From NCBI GenBank assembly GCA_038045445.1, contig JBBSYC010000001.1, positions 35,140 through 99,139 on the forward strand: a stretch of DNA of 64,000 bases. Reading direction: 5' to 3'. Source of the stretch: Nanobdellota archaeon. Its GTDB lineage: Archaea > Nanobdellota > Nanobdellia > Pacearchaeales > GW2011-AR1. Positions 1-10,332 of the stretch are shown piece after piece. The notes beneath the pieces are model-generated. The model saw only the letters and a program-made list of their open reading frames with translations, was not told the origin of the DNA and did no database searches. The position numbers and the translations under genes are program-made. Within the stretch, counting starts at the first letter, position 1. Every line of letters starts with the position of its first letter.

Positions 1-26
1 TTACAGACATAAAAACATTTTGCTTC

Positions 27-230
27 TTAATTCTTTAAATCAGAGATTCCTAGAAGGATGAATAATGCTCCAATCATAGTAATGAGCCAGAATAATCCGC
101 CTTTAAAGAATTCTCCTGCTGCATCCCAAAAGTTCCATGCTCCCCAATTTTGAGAATAGTATGCAACTAATATTGCTCCAACAACTAAAATAAGACCTAC
201 GAGAAGTTCTGACCATTTATTCATTCTCAA
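27..230 (-). CDS. small hypothetical membrane protein (2 hydrophobic helices)
   Basis: ORF track; hydrophobic stretches LLVGLILVVGAILVAYY and LFWLITMIGALFILLGI. Confidence 0.3.
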   Translation of the reverse strand: MRMNKWSELLVGLILVVGAILVAYYSQNWGAWNFWDAAGEFFKGGLFWLITMIGALFILLGISDLKN

Positions 231-433
231 TTCTAATGCTTGGGGTATTTAAAGATTTTTATGATTTGGAGTATGTGTAAAAATATATAAGTTGTCTAGT
301 TGTTTTACAGTCCTGTAGAAACTCCTTGCTTTTATTCTGTTGTATCTAGAGATATTAGAATGGAATAGATTACAGGTTCAAATAGACTTGAAGTTTTGTT
401 GAGATTTAAATAGGAGCATATTTTACATATTTC

Positions 434-994
434 ATGAATAACAGTTCAATAGTAATAGACTTGGATAATCCTAAAACCAATCTGGTTGCCGAAGCTTTGT
501 CAAACAAGACATGCATAAAGATACTTAGCTTGCTCGCTGAGAATGAACTTACTGCTACAGATGTATCTGGCAGGCTTAACATTCCATTAAACACTACTGG
601 TTATAATTTAGACAAATTAATTTCTTCAGGACTTGTAGAAAAGTCTTCAAACTTCTTTTGGAGTGTTAAGGGAAAGAAAACTCCTGTGTATAAAGTTGCA
701 AATAAAAGGATAATAATCTCTCCAAAAAGACAGATTAGAAGTGTTATTCCCGTTGTTATTATTTCTGGAATTTTTGCTTTAGTTTTAAAGACAGTTTTTG
801 TTGAATCTCCCACTTATGTTGCAAATAAGTTTGCTTCTGATTCTGGAGCTTCTGCTTTAGTTGCAGAGAGTGTTACTTTGGGTAGCACTGGTTTGTTAAG
901 TGCTGGATGGATATGGTTCTTTGTAGGAGCTTTGTTTTCTTTGGCTGTTGCTATCTTATGGGATTTAGCTTTAAGCAGGAGGTCATTGAGATGA
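434..994 (+). CDS. ArsR-like winged-HTH regulator fused to C-terminal transmembrane segments
   Basis: N-terminal region (LVAEALSNKTCIKILSLLAENELTATDVSGRLNIPLNTTGYNLDKLISSGLV) resembles ArsR/SmtB HTH. C-terminal half has two hydrophobic helices. Stop TGA overlaps the ATG of the next gene (ATGA at 991-994). Confidence 0.5.
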   Translation: MNNSSIVIDLDNPKTNLVAEALSNKTCIKILSLLAENELTATDVSGRLNIPLNTTGYNLDKLISSGLVEKSSNFFWSVKGKKTPVYKVANKRIIISPKRQIRSVIPVVIISGIFALVLKTVFVESPTYVANKFASDSGASALVAESVTLGSTGLLSAGWIWFFVGALFSLAVAILWDLALSRRSLR

Positions 995-3237
995 AAAGTA
1001 AGTTAATTTTAATTTTGGGAACTCTTTTGATTGTATCTATTGTTTTAGGGCTGTATTTCAATGAAAGTATCTCTATTGGTTCTAAGGATTTGAAGAGATT
1101 TAGTTCTTACGATGAATTAGCTTCTTATGTTAATGAATCTAACAAGGAGAATTATGGATTTAGGACAGATTCAGAAGAATCTGTTTTTACTCCCGAATCT
1201 GCTTCTGTAACAAGCACTTCTGGTGCAAAATCTGATTCTGTTGCTTTTGCTAATGATTATTCTGCAACAAATATTCAAGTTATAGGAGTTGACGAACCAG
1301 ATACTGTTAAAAATGATGGCAAATATATTTACAAGGTTAATGGGAACAAAGTTTATATAATTCAGGCTTATCCGGCAGATTCTGCTAAGATTATTTCGGA
1401 ACTAAAGTTTGATAATTATGTTAATGGCATCTTTGTTGATAAAAATAGATTAGTAGTCATTGAATCTTCTTACGGTTATTATGGTGGGTATACTGGTCCT
1501 GAAATAGCTGTTTCTAGTACTTATGAAAAAGCGGTTTCTCCCGAAGAAGGATTAGTTATTCCAGAACCTTCTCCGATGAATGACCCCCAGCCAGGAATTG
1601 GAAAACCTTCAGATTATGAAGAAGTTATTACTATTCCAGAGAATTATGGCTCTTCTGTAAAGATTCATGTTTATGATATAGAAGATAATCTTATTTTAAA
1701 CCCTGAACTACTCGATACATTTACTGTTGAAGGAAATTATTATACTGCAAGGCTTATTGAAGGGAATGTTTATGTTGTTTCTAATAAATATATAGGAAAC
1801 TCTGAACCTGTTGTTCCGTTTTTTGGAGTCGGAGAGGATGTTGAAATAGCTGATGCAAGCAGAATTTACTATCCTGGATATTATCAATCTGACTTGATGT
1901 TTACTTCTGTAATGGCAATAGATATTTCTTCTCTCAAATATGAGGGAGACGTTTTTCTTACAGGAACAAGCAATTCAATATACTTTTCTAAAGATTCTAT
2001 ATTTTTAACAAGTGCTAAACCTTATGATTATTCAAAGATTAATATTCAAGGAGAATTGGAGATTTATTCAAAAATTTTATCTGGAAGTGCTAAATCCGAA
2101 GCTGAAGAGATTCTTGATTCTGACACAGACTACTATTCTAAATCTCAGAAATTGAGCCTTGTTGTTCAAGAATACTTCAATGGACTTGATGATTACGAAA
2201 AGAAAGATTTTGAGGATTCTTATTCTGATGCTTCAAAAAGCTATTACTCTGAAATATCTAAAGAATATGAGAAGACTTTAATTCATAAAATAAGAATAGA
2301 TGGTCTTGATGTAGATTATGATGGTGTTGGAGAAGTTCCTGGCTATGTTTTAAACCAGTTTTCTATGGATGAATATGAGGGCAATTTTAGAATTGCAACA
2401 ACTACTGGAAATATATTTGGAAGCTTTCAGAACTCTTTGAATCACGTTTATATTCTTGATGATGGTCTTGAAATTGTTGGAAGTGTAGAGAATCTTGCTT
2501 CAGGAGAAAGAATTTATTCGGCTAGATTTTTAGGAGATAAAGCATATATGGTTACATTTAGACAGATTGATCCATTGTATGTTATTGATTTGTCTAATCC
2601 AAAATCTCCAGAAGTTCTTGGATATCTAAAGGTCACTGGATTTTCAAATTATCTTCATCCTATTGGAGATAATTTACTTATGGGGATCGGACGCGAGGTT
2701 ACATTAGATGGAAAACAGAAGGGCTTGAAGATTTCTATTTTTGATGTTTCTGATTTTGAGAATCCTAAAGAAATTGATAATTATGTTGTAGAATCAGATT
2801 CTTCATATTCAGAAGCCGAATATGAACATAAAGCTGTTTTGTTTGATGATGAGAAAGATTTGCTTGTAATTCCTGTTTCTTATAATAATAACATTAATGG
2901 AAGAGATTGGGAATATTGGCAAGGAGCATTTGTTTTCACAGTTACTGATGAAGATGTTTCTTTGAAAGGGAAGATAGACCATACTATTGAAGTAAACAAA
3001 GGCGATGGTGTTTTGGGAGCTGATGTTGAACCATCTTATTATGGAGTTACTCAAGGATATGTTTCAAGGTCATTGTTTATAGAGGATGTTCTTTATACTA
3101 TTTCAGATTATTTGATTAAGGCTAATAGCTTATTGGATTTGAAAGAAATAAAAAGTGTGAAGCTTGATTTTACAGAACCAATCTATACAATTTATGGGAC
3201 TGGAACTTCTGTTTCTTCTGTAGGGCTGTTGGATTGA
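991..3237 (+). CDS. large secreted protein with N-terminal signal/TM anchor, possibly beta-propeller-like (COG4880-like)
   Basis: Start moved to ATG 991, 8 nt after the SD-like AGGAGG at 977-982 (the track's 907 start overlaps the upstream gene). N-terminus MKSKLILILGTLLIVSIVLGLY is hydrophobic. 748 aa, no catalytic motif recognised. Confidence 0.45.
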   Translation: MKSKLILILGTLLIVSIVLGLYFNESISIGSKDLKRFSSYDELASYVNESNKENYGFRTDSEESVFTPESASVTSTSGAKSDSVAFANDYSATNIQVIGVDEPDTVKNDGKYIYKVNGNKVYIIQAYPADSAKIISELKFDNYVNGIFVDKNRLVVIESSYGYYGGYTGPEIAVSSTYEKAVSPEEGLVIPEPSPMNDPQPGIGKPSDYEEVITIPENYGSSVKIHVYDIEDNLILNPELLDTFTVEGNYYTARLIEGNVYVVSNKYIGNSEPVVPFFGVGEDVEIADASRIYYPGYYQSDLMFTSVMAIDISSLKYEGDVFLTGTSNSIYFSKDSIFLTSAKPYDYSKINIQGELEIYSKILSGSAKSEAEEILDSDTDYYSKSQKLSLVVQEYFNGLDDYEKKDFEDSYSDASKSYYSEISKEYEKTLIHKIRIDGLDVDYDGVGEVPGYVLNQFSMDEYEGNFRIATTTGNIFGSFQNSLNHVYILDDGLEIVGSVENLASGERIYSARFLGDKAYMVTFRQIDPLYVIDLSNPKSPEVLGYLKVTGFSNYLHPIGDNLLMGIGREVTLDGKQKGLKISIFDVSDFENPKEIDNYVVESDSSYSEAEYEHKAVLFDDEKDLLVIPVSYNNNINGRDWEYWQGAFVFTVTDEDVSLKGKIDHTIEVNKGDGVLGADVEPSYYGVTQGYVSRSLFIEDVLYTISDYLIKANSLLDLKEIKSVKLDFTEPIYTIYGTGTSVSSVGLLD

Positions 3238-3302
3238 GTTGGATTTTTATGCAATGAATAATTAAAACTAAACTTCTAAACTATTAAAAACCCTTAATTG
3301 TC

Positions 3303-4355
3303 TTGTTCATTAACATGCTTACTAAAAAACAACTTTCTGAAATACGCGAGCATCTTGAAATGGCACAGAATCCAATATTCCTTTATGATAATGATGTAGA
3401 TGGGCTTTGCAGTTATGTTCTATTGAGAAGATTTATTGGTCGTGGAAAAGGCATTGCAGTAAAATCGCACCCAAATGTAGATATTAATTATGTTAAGAGA
3501 GTTCAAGAGTTGAATGGCGATTGTATATTTGTTCTTGATAGGCACAGTCTTGGAAGAGAATTTGTTTCTGAAATTTCTATGCTTCAATTACCTATAGTTT
3601 GGATAGATCATCATGATGTTTCCGAGGAAAGACATGATTATCGTCTTCTTTACAGATTTAATCCCTCAAAAAATAAAAGAAAGAGCTATGAGTCTACAAC
3701 ATATCTTTGTTATAAGGCTACAAAACGTGCTGAGGATGTATGGCTTGTTTTAATGGGGTGCATAGCAGACCATTATATGCCCGATGTTGTTGAAGATTTT
3801 GTTAAAAATTATGCTCCTTTTTGGGGAAAGAATATAACTGAACCATTTCAGGCATTATATTCAACTGGAATAGGTCGTTTGGCAAGAGCACTTAGTTTTG
3901 GGTTGAAGGATTCTATTACCCATGTTGTTGAATTGCAGAATTTTTTAATTAATTGTAAAGACCCTTATGAATTGGAACATGAACTTGAAAGAGAAAGCGC
4001 TTTTGGAATAAAGTATAAAGAAATAATGAAAAAATATTCTTCTCTACTTAATGATGCTTCGAAGAGTGTTCCGGGAAAGTTACTTTTTTATAATTATGGA
4101 GGACAGATGAGCATAAGCGCAGACCTTTCTAATGAACTTTCTTATATTTTTCCTAAATCTTATATTTGTGTAGCTTATAGCGCTGGACCAATAACTAATA
4201 TTTCGTTGAGGGGAGATAATGTAAAAAAAATAATTTCTGAAATATTACCCTTATTTGATGGGGCTACTGGCGGAGGCCATAAGGATGCAGTGGGTTCTAG
4301 AATAAGGACTGAAGATATAGATAAATTTAGGATGGAGCTTGAGAAGAGAATTTAA
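3303..4355 (+). CDS. DHH/DHHA1 family phosphoesterase (NrnA/RecJ-like)
   Basis: DHH motifs DNDVDGLCS and WIDHHD; DHHA1 GGGH motif (ATGGGHKDAVG) near the C-terminus. Confidence 0.75.
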   Translation: MFINMLTKKQLSEIREHLEMAQNPIFLYDNDVDGLCSYVLLRRFIGRGKGIAVKSHPNVDINYVKRVQELNGDCIFVLDRHSLGREFVSEISMLQLPIVWIDHHDVSEERHDYRLLYRFNPSKNKRKSYESTTYLCYKATKRAEDVWLVLMGCIADHYMPDVVEDFVKNYAPFWGKNITEPFQALYSTGIGRLARALSFGLKDSITHVVELQNFLINCKDPYELEHELERESAFGIKYKEIMKKYSSLLNDASKSVPGKLLFYNYGGQMSISADLSNELSYIFPKSYICVAYSAGPITNISLRGDNVKKIISEILPLFDGATGGGHKDAVGSRIRTEDIDKFRMELEKRI

Positions 4356-4379
4356 AAACTAAATTTTTAACTCATTTGC

Positions 4380-5072
4380 ATGGCAGATAGAAAAATACCT
4401 ATTCATATTGGAATTATTCCAGATGGCAATCGTAGATGGGCTGTTTCTAAGGGTCTTGATAATCTTAAAGGGTATTCTAAAGTAGATTATAACCATTTGG
4501 AAAGTTTACTATTGGAAGCTAAAAAGTTAGGAGTTAAGTATGTTAGTTTATGGTTTTTTTCAACTGAAAATTGGAAAAGACCTAAAATAGAAGTTGATTT
4601 TCTTTTTAATCATTTTTTGAAAAATACTGATAAATTGTTGGAAGGGTGTTTGAAAAATAAAGTTAAAGTAAGGCATTTAGGCAGGAAAGATAGGTTGCCC
4701 AAAAAAGTTCTTGATGCTTTGGATAAACTTGAGTCTGAAACTTGCGGTTTTAAGGACTTTACTGTTCTTTTGTGCGTGGATTATGGGGGAAGAGATGAAA
4801 TATTGAGGGCAGTAAATAAAGTTTTAAGTTTAGGAGTCTCAAAGATTGACGAAGATAGTTTGAGGAATCTTTTGGATACGAAAGATATCCCAGACCCTGA
4901 TTTAATAATAAGGACATCTGGTGAAATGAGGCTTAGTGGATTCATGCCCTTTCAATCAGTTTATAGCGAATTTTATTTTCCAAGTATGCATTTTCCAGAT
5001 TTTAAACCTGAAAATTTGAAAGAGGCTGTTGAAGAATACTCTAAGCGTAAAAGAAATATGGGGGGGAATTGA
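4380..5072 (+). CDS. uppS: undecaprenyl/dehydrodolichyl diphosphate synthase (cis-prenyltransferase)
   Basis: IGIIPDGNRRWA signature near N-terminus, typical 230-aa length, ...RTSGE.RLSGF... C-terminal motif. Confidence 0.85.
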   Translation: MADRKIPIHIGIIPDGNRRWAVSKGLDNLKGYSKVDYNHLESLLLEAKKLGVKYVSLWFFSTENWKRPKIEVDFLFNHFLKNTDKLLEGCLKNKVKVRHLGRKDRLPKKVLDALDKLESETCGFKDFTVLLCVDYGGRDEILRAVNKVLSLGVSKIDEDSLRNLLDTKDIPDPDLIIRTSGEMRLSGFMPFQSVYSEFYFPSMHFPDFKPENLKEAVEEYSKRKRNMGGN

Positions 5073-5115
5073 TGTTCCTTAGAATAATTGTATTTTTATA
5101 GTTGGCAGTTTATTT

Positions 5116-5433
5116 TTGATTATGATTTATATTGTTAATTACGCTATTAGATGTGGTGTTTCTAATGGTCTTGGAACTAAGTTCTCCTCATCGTTAGATG
5201 AAGAATTGAGATTTTCCTCTATTTATGATATGCCTGAAGAATTAGTTGGTCATGCGAAAAATGAAATTAGACGCAGTATTTTATTGAGGGGTTATTTGAC
5301 TGATCCAGAGGATTCTTGTGTTACTGCAAGACTTGTTTCATTAAGAAGAGATGATGGGGTTAGAGTTCCATTTGAAGATGGAACAAATGTTAGAGTAAGC
5401 CAGGTAGAACTTTTACTTGCTCTCCTTGATTAA
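5116..5433 (+). CDS. hypothetical protein
   Basis: ORF track only; no recognisable motif. Confidence 0.25.
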   Translation: MIMIYIVNYAIRCGVSNGLGTKFSSSLDEELRFSSIYDMPEELVGHAKNEIRRSILLRGYLTDPEDSCVTARLVSLRRDDGVRVPFEDGTNVRVSQVELLLALLD

Positions 5434-5544
5434 TTTGATTTCTTGTTTTGTTTCTAAAGGAATATTGATTGGGAAATTTGACTGTATGATTGTATAAATC
5501 AATTATTCAATTAACTTAATATATCCCTGTTTTTTATTTGATAT

Positions 5545-6912
5545 ATGGGCAAACTAAAATGCGGACTTGAGATACATGCTTATCTTGTGACTGCTGAAAA
5601 GCTTTTCTGTCGTTGTAAGGCTTCTCGGGAAAGAGGGCTTGAGCCAAATACTTTAATTTGTCCGATATGCACCGGACAACCTGGAGCTAAACCAATGGCT
5701 CCAAATTCTAATGCTATAGAAAAGGCAGTGCAAATAGCTTTGCTTCTTGGATGCAAGGTTAATACAAATATTCCATGGATGCGTAAACATTATGATTGGC
5801 CAGACTTGCCTAAAGGATATCAGACTACTATGAGTGGACCCCATGCTACTCCCTTGGGGGTTTCTGGAAACTTTGAAGGGATTAGTATAGATAGTATGCA
5901 TGTTGAAGAAGATCCTGCATCTTGGGATCCAAAAAATGGAGCTGTAGATTATAACAGAAGCGGGTTACCCTTAGTAGAGATTGTAACTGCTCCAGATTTT
6001 AAGAATGCGGATGAAGTTTATGTTTGGGTCAATAAACTTGTTCATGCTTTGAATTATTTGAAGGCTATAGATACAAATGCTGGAATAAAGGCAGATGTAA
6101 ATGTCTCTCTTGTTGATGAAACTGGAAAGCAAAAGACAGAACGTGTTGAAATTAAAAATATTACATCTATCGAGGCTATGAAATCCGCTATTTTATTTGA
6201 GCATCAACGCCAAATTAATGAAGGAAGTGTTAGAGAGACTAGAAGATTTGATGAAGCTAAGGGAATTACTATGAGAATGAGGGGAAAAGAAGTTGCTGAT
6301 GATTATAGATTCATAGTTGACCCTGATTTGCAAATGGTTGTCTTACCTAGAAGTTTTGTAGAGAAACAAAAGAAACTTATTCCAGAGCTCCCTTCTGTAA
6401 AACTTGATAAGTTGATTAAGAAATATAAAATAGATGAAAAGAATGCTACTGTTCTTTCTAAAGATATTGATATAGTTTTATTTTTTGAAGATGTTTCAAA
6501 GCATATTGAGGGGAAATTTGCTTTGTCTTGGGTTACTGTTGAGCTCTTGAGAGTTTTAAATTATAACAATAAAAGATTAGGTGAAGTTTCTATTTCAGTT
6601 GAGCATTTTGTTAAATTACTTAAGATGGTTAGGGACAAGAAGATTACAGAATTGCAAGCTAAGCAGATATTGAATAAGTTTGTGCCTACGAGTTTTGACC
6701 CTTCTAATGTTGAAGGAAGAATAAGTGGTGAGAAGGAGCTTGAGCCAATTGTGAAGAAAGTAATTAATGATAACTCAAAAGCTGTGCTTGAATTTAGAAA
6801 TGGAGATATAAAAGCTTTTAATTTTTTGATTGGAGAGGTAATGAGAGCTACAAATAGAAGGGCTGATTCTGTTGCCGTTAGAAAATTGATTGATAAAATT
6901 ATTGGTAAATGA
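5545..6912 (+). CDS. gatB: aspartyl/glutamyl-tRNA amidotransferase subunit B
   Basis: GLEIHAYL plus KLFCRC...CPICTGQPGAKP zinc-Cys cluster typical of GatB; 455 aa. Confidence 0.85.
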   Translation: MGKLKCGLEIHAYLVTAEKLFCRCKASRERGLEPNTLICPICTGQPGAKPMAPNSNAIEKAVQIALLLGCKVNTNIPWMRKHYDWPDLPKGYQTTMSGPHATPLGVSGNFEGISIDSMHVEEDPASWDPKNGAVDYNRSGLPLVEIVTAPDFKNADEVYVWVNKLVHALNYLKAIDTNAGIKADVNVSLVDETGKQKTERVEIKNITSIEAMKSAILFEHQRQINEGSVRETRRFDEAKGITMRMRGKEVADDYRFIVDPDLQMVVLPRSFVEKQKKLIPELPSVKLDKLIKKYKIDEKNATVLSKDIDIVLFFEDVSKHIEGKFALSWVTVELLRVLNYNNKRLGEVSISVEHFVKLLKMVRDKKITELQAKQILNKFVPTSFDPSNVEGRISGEKELEPIVKKVINDNSKAVLEFRNGDIKAFNFLIGEVMRATNRRADSVAVRKLIDKIIGK

Positions 6913-6984
6913 CTCTCTTTTCTAACTCTGGCAGATTCATTAAATGGGTAGATTTAAAATACTCATTTTTACTTGGTTTAGTAA

Positions 6985-7056
6985 GGCCCTATAAGTTAAC
7001 GGATAGACTCTCCGGCTTCGGACCGGAAAACCGAGGTTCGATTCCTCGTGGGGCCG
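6985..7056 (+). tRNA. tRNA-Arg (anticodon TCG)
   Basis: Hand-folded cloverleaf. Acceptor stem GGCCCTA/TGGGGCC (7 bp, one G-U). D stem AGTT/GACT. Anticodon stem TCCGG/CCGGA with loop CTTCGGA (U33, anticodon UCG at 7018-7020). T stem CGAGG/CCTCG with TTCGATT loop. Discriminator G. No encoded CCA. Region is GC-richer than its surroundings. Confidence 0.85.
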
Positions 7057-7112
7057 TTATTTAATTTGAGGTTGGTACATACATTTTTATATTATTTAAT
7101 CTTAGAAATTGT

Positions 7113-7313
7113 ATGAAAAATAAAAAAGATGTTTGTTGCAAGAGTGGAAGTGGTGCTTGTGGTGGAGCAGTTTATGGATTAGGATTTATTGGTGCAGTTA
7201 TTTACTTTGTATCTGGGGCTGTTGGATTTTGGGCCGGAGTTCTTGGAGTTCTTAAGGCGCTTGTTTGGCCTGCTTTCTTAGTTTATGAGATATTGAAATT
7301 TTTAGGGATTTGA
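7113..7313 (+). CDS. small Cys-rich membrane protein
   Basis: CCKSGSGACGG N-terminus followed by two hydrophobic helices. Confidence 0.35.
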   Translation: MKNKKDVCCKSGSGACGGAVYGLGFIGAVIYFVSGAVGFWAGVLGVLKALVWPAFLVYEILKFLGI

Positions 7314-7387
7314 AATTAGTAGCTTTGTCGAATATAAAAATTAAAAAAATATCGATAGGTTTTTAAGCTAAATTTCTAGCTATTTTT

Positions 7388-7793
7388 ATGAAGAAAGGAA
7401 GACTAGTTGCTCAAGAAGAGGGTATGGGATGCGGATTGGCTTGTGTAGCTTCTGAATTAGGGATAAGTTATCAGGATGCAAGACAATTATCTGGAAAACC
7501 TCAAAATTCTAGTGGGACAGGTTATTCTTGTAAATGTTTAGTTGAAGTTTTAAATCGCAAAGGAAGAAACTATGTTTTTAGAAAAGCTGAAGATAGAAGT
7601 GAAAGGGAACTTGAAAAAGTTGGAACAATATTTTGTTAGGGATGGAAAAGATGACTCATGGGGGCATTATCTACTAAGAACTTCAAAAGGTTGGATGAAT
7701 CCTTGGATAAATTGGCCTTCAATTAATCCTGCAAGAGCAGGTTATGAAAAAGAATTTATTGGTGAAATTGAATGGATTATTTATGAAAAATAA
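7388..7793 (+). pseudogene. papain-like (C39-like) cysteine peptidase, apparently split by a frameshift into ORFs 7388-7639 and 7572-7793
   Basis: N-terminal GCGLACVASELG (Cys motif) and downstream SWGHYLL (His motif) lie in different frames. The two frames could be joined at the T4 run near 7631-7634. Confidence 0.35.
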
Positions 7794-7798
7794 ATAAT

Positions 7799-10303
7799 CT
7801 AATAATCTTTAAGAAACTCTTTGTTTTTTTCTATAAACTTTATGTTTTGTTCTGCTATTTCAAAAGCGTTTGCTTGCACAATTTTATAAGGGATCTTATT
7901 TTTTTCTAGAAAATCTTTTACTTCTTTTTTTCCAGACTCTGTTGTCTGCGATATTACTAAAGTATCTATGAAATCTCTCATTAAATATTTGTTATCTTTA
8001 TGTTTTTTCATGTTTTCCCAGTTTTTTTCAAACCAACTCATTATTATTTTTTGACATAAGGGATTAACGAATATGTTTCTGAATACAAATAATAGATCTT
8101 GAGGTCTTACTTTTTCAGTTAGTGCATAATCAAGTGCTCTAATTATAATTTTTTCTTGACTGAAATAGTATAATCCAGACAAGAGTTTTATTTTAGACTC
8201 TTGATTTGATTCTTTTTCATATTTCGAAATCATGTCTTTAAATGTATTTTCATTTCCGTTTTTGGAAACTATGCAATATATTGAGCCAGCTATGTCTAGT
8301 TCGAAGTTTCCTTTTAGGTATCTGCTTTTGGCCTCTGTTATTGTTTCTTCGTCATTAGCAAAGCCACAGAAATGTATACAGAGATTTCTCATCAATCTTT
8401 CATCTGAAGAATCTTCTTTTTTATTATCCCAACCAAGTTTTTTAAGAATCGATTTATAGGATGGAAGGAGTAATCTTATTATTTTTTCCTTTGTTTTGGG
8501 CCACCATTTTTCATTGCCAAACAATCTGTCCAATTTTTTTATGTTTGAAGATATTTCTGCTAAAGTGAAATAATTTGCTTCATCTAAATAATTGTTTAAG
8601 AAACGAAGATATTCTTCAAGACTTTCTTCACCTATGTTTGAGAGAGCCCATAAGTCGTTGTGTACCCCCCATCTGTCTTGTTCATTTAGCCTTTTTTCTT
8701 TTATCATTATCCCAAGGTTTTTCAACAGTTCTTTTGAATATTTTGTCCTGTAAAATCCTAGTTGTTCGTGATTTGATTTTAGATATTGTTCCTTAATTGG
8801 ATAAATTTCTTCTTTTTTCTCAAAAAGCTTGTAGTGGCATGTATCTTCTGTGCATATTGATAAAGGAATTGGCCATACTTGGTTTGTTGTTTTGTTGCAT
8901 CTTTTTTGAGAGATTTTTAATCCATATTTATTTTTTTCTATTGAAATTAAAGGGTATCCCGGCTCTGAAACCCAATATTTCATCATCTCTTTTATTTTCT
9001 TGCCTTTTGAGACTTCATTTAGGGACTCCCAGAGGTCGGTGGCTTTTGCGTTACTATAAGAATGTTTTTTTAGGTAATTTGAGACTCCTATTCTAAATGC
9101 TTCTTCTCCTATGTAAGATTCAAGCATTCTTAAGACGCTTCCTCCCTTTTGGTAACTTATTTCATCAAAAACTTCTTCTATTTCTTCAGGGCTTTTGACT
9201 TCAACTTCAATAGGGTGCGTTCCCTTTAAAGAATCCTTGAATAGTCCTAATGACAAATCGTTTGAAAGATAATCATTCCAGACATTCCATTCAGGATTGT
9301 AGTGGTCAACTGCCTTGAAAGCCATATAATTTGCAAAGCTTTCATTAAGCCACAAGTCATTCCACCATTTCATTGTAACTAGGTCTCCAGACCATTGGTG
9401 CCATAATTCATGAGAGATTACTTCCGCGGACACCTTTTTTCTTGCCATAGAGGTTTTTTCTTCGTTTACCAATAAGACTAGTTCTCTAAAAGTAATTGCT
9501 CCCCAGTTTTCCATACCAGATATTATAAAATCAGGGATGGCTATCAAGTCAAGTTTTTCTAGTGGGTATGGAATTTCTGAATAATTTTCAAAGTATTCTA
9601 AGTATTTTTTAGTCTGCTCTAAGGCAAAATCTGCATCTTTAGTTTTACCAGGAGTTGTTACAACTCTTAATTTAACAGATTTATAATTATCTTCTTTGAA
9701 TTCAAAGTTTCCTATTCCCAGATAAAATAAATAGGTTGACATTTTTGGAGTTCTTTTAAACTTAACTATTTTTTTGTTTTTTTCTATATTCTCTGATTGG
9801 ATTTGCATGTTGCTTATTGCTTCAAGGTCCTTGTTTATTATTGTGGTTACGTCAAATGTTGCTTTTTTATCTGGCTCATCAAAACACGGAAAGATTTTTC
9901 TTGCATGGGACGCTTCACATTGAGTCGTTATTAGATAGTAAGTTTTACTGTTATGCTCGTATTTGCTTCGGTATATTCCTGCTAAATCCTCCGTTATCTT
10001 CCCCGTGAATTCTATGTGGACTTCAATATCTCCAGCGATTTCTTTTTGAACTTCTAGAGAGATTGTTTCAGATTCTTTGTTTTCTTTTAATTTTGGTAAC
10101 AAACACTGGCTTCCAATGCATATTGTAGCTGTCTTAATCTGAGAGTTCTTTGAATGAAGAATTATTTCTTTTGAGGGTTTTGTTATTTCTGCTTTAATTG
10201 TTACCTTACCTTCATATGTTGACATATCTGTTGAAGGCTCTATTGAGATTTGATAGTTTGAAGGAGTTATGTGCTCTGATAGTCTTAAGATTTCTTTTTT
10301 CAT
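7799..10303 (-). CDS. M1-family zinc aminopeptidase (aminopeptidase N / tricorn-interacting factor-like)
   Basis: GMEN exopeptidase motif (ISGMENWG), HELWHQWSGDLVT...WLNESFANY zincin HExxH-x18-E, 834 aa. Confidence 0.85.
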   Translation of the reverse strand: MKKEILRLSEHITPSNYQISIEPSTDMSTYEGKVTIKAEITKPSKEIILHSKNSQIKTATICIGSQCLLPKLKENKESETISLEVQKEIAGDIEVHIEFTGKITEDLAGIYRSKYEHNSKTYYLITTQCEASHARKIFPCFDEPDKKATFDVTTIINKDLEAISNMQIQSENIEKNKKIVKFKRTPKMSTYLFYLGIGNFEFKEDNYKSVKLRVVTTPGKTKDADFALEQTKKYLEYFENYSEIPYPLEKLDLIAIPDFIISGMENWGAITFRELVLLVNEEKTSMARKKVSAEVISHELWHQWSGDLVTMKWWNDLWLNESFANYMAFKAVDHYNPEWNVWNDYLSNDLSLGLFKDSLKGTHPIEVEVKSPEEIEEVFDEISYQKGGSVLRMLESYIGEEAFRIGVSNYLKKHSYSNAKATDLWESLNEVSKGKKIKEMMKYWVSEPGYPLISIEKNKYGLKISQKRCNKTTNQVWPIPLSICTEDTCHYKLFEKKEEIYPIKEQYLKSNHEQLGFYRTKYSKELLKNLGIMIKEKRLNEQDRWGVHNDLWALSNIGEESLEEYLRFLNNYLDEANYFTLAEISSNIKKLDRLFGNEKWWPKTKEKIIRLLLPSYKSILKKLGWDNKKEDSSDERLMRNLCIHFCGFANDEETITEAKSRYLKGNFELDIAGSIYCIVSKNGNENTFKDMISKYEKESNQESKIKLLSGLYYFSQEKIIIRALDYALTEKVRPQDLLFVFRNIFVNPLCQKIIMSWFEKNWENMKKHKDNKYLMRDFIDTLVISQTTESGKKEVKDFLEKNKIPYKIVQANAFEIAEQNIKFIEKNKEFLKDY

Positions 10304-10332
10304 TGTCTGTTATTGAAGACAAGATTTAATAA

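Noticed and set aside
907-994. Track start (907) for the large secreted protein, overlapping the ArsR-like gene by 88 nt
   Set aside because: An in-frame ATG at 991 sits 8 nt after a canonical AGGAGG and begins a textbook signal-like MKSKLILILG. The upstream 28 codons lie inside the preceding gene's TM-coding region and are most likely read-through of an open frame.
2809-3054. Numerous 60-140-aa ORFs antisense to or nested within long genes (for example 2809-3054, 5653-5901, 8232-9096 group, 12531-13023, 15294-15700, 17574-18037, 23680-24141, 37089-37499, 53164-54525, 61582-61842, 63170-63941)
   Set aside because: Each lies fully inside a longer ORF with clear conserved motifs on the other strand or frame. 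Their translations are low-complexity or AT-codon artefacts (Phe/Leu/Ile/Lys-rich) with no motifs.
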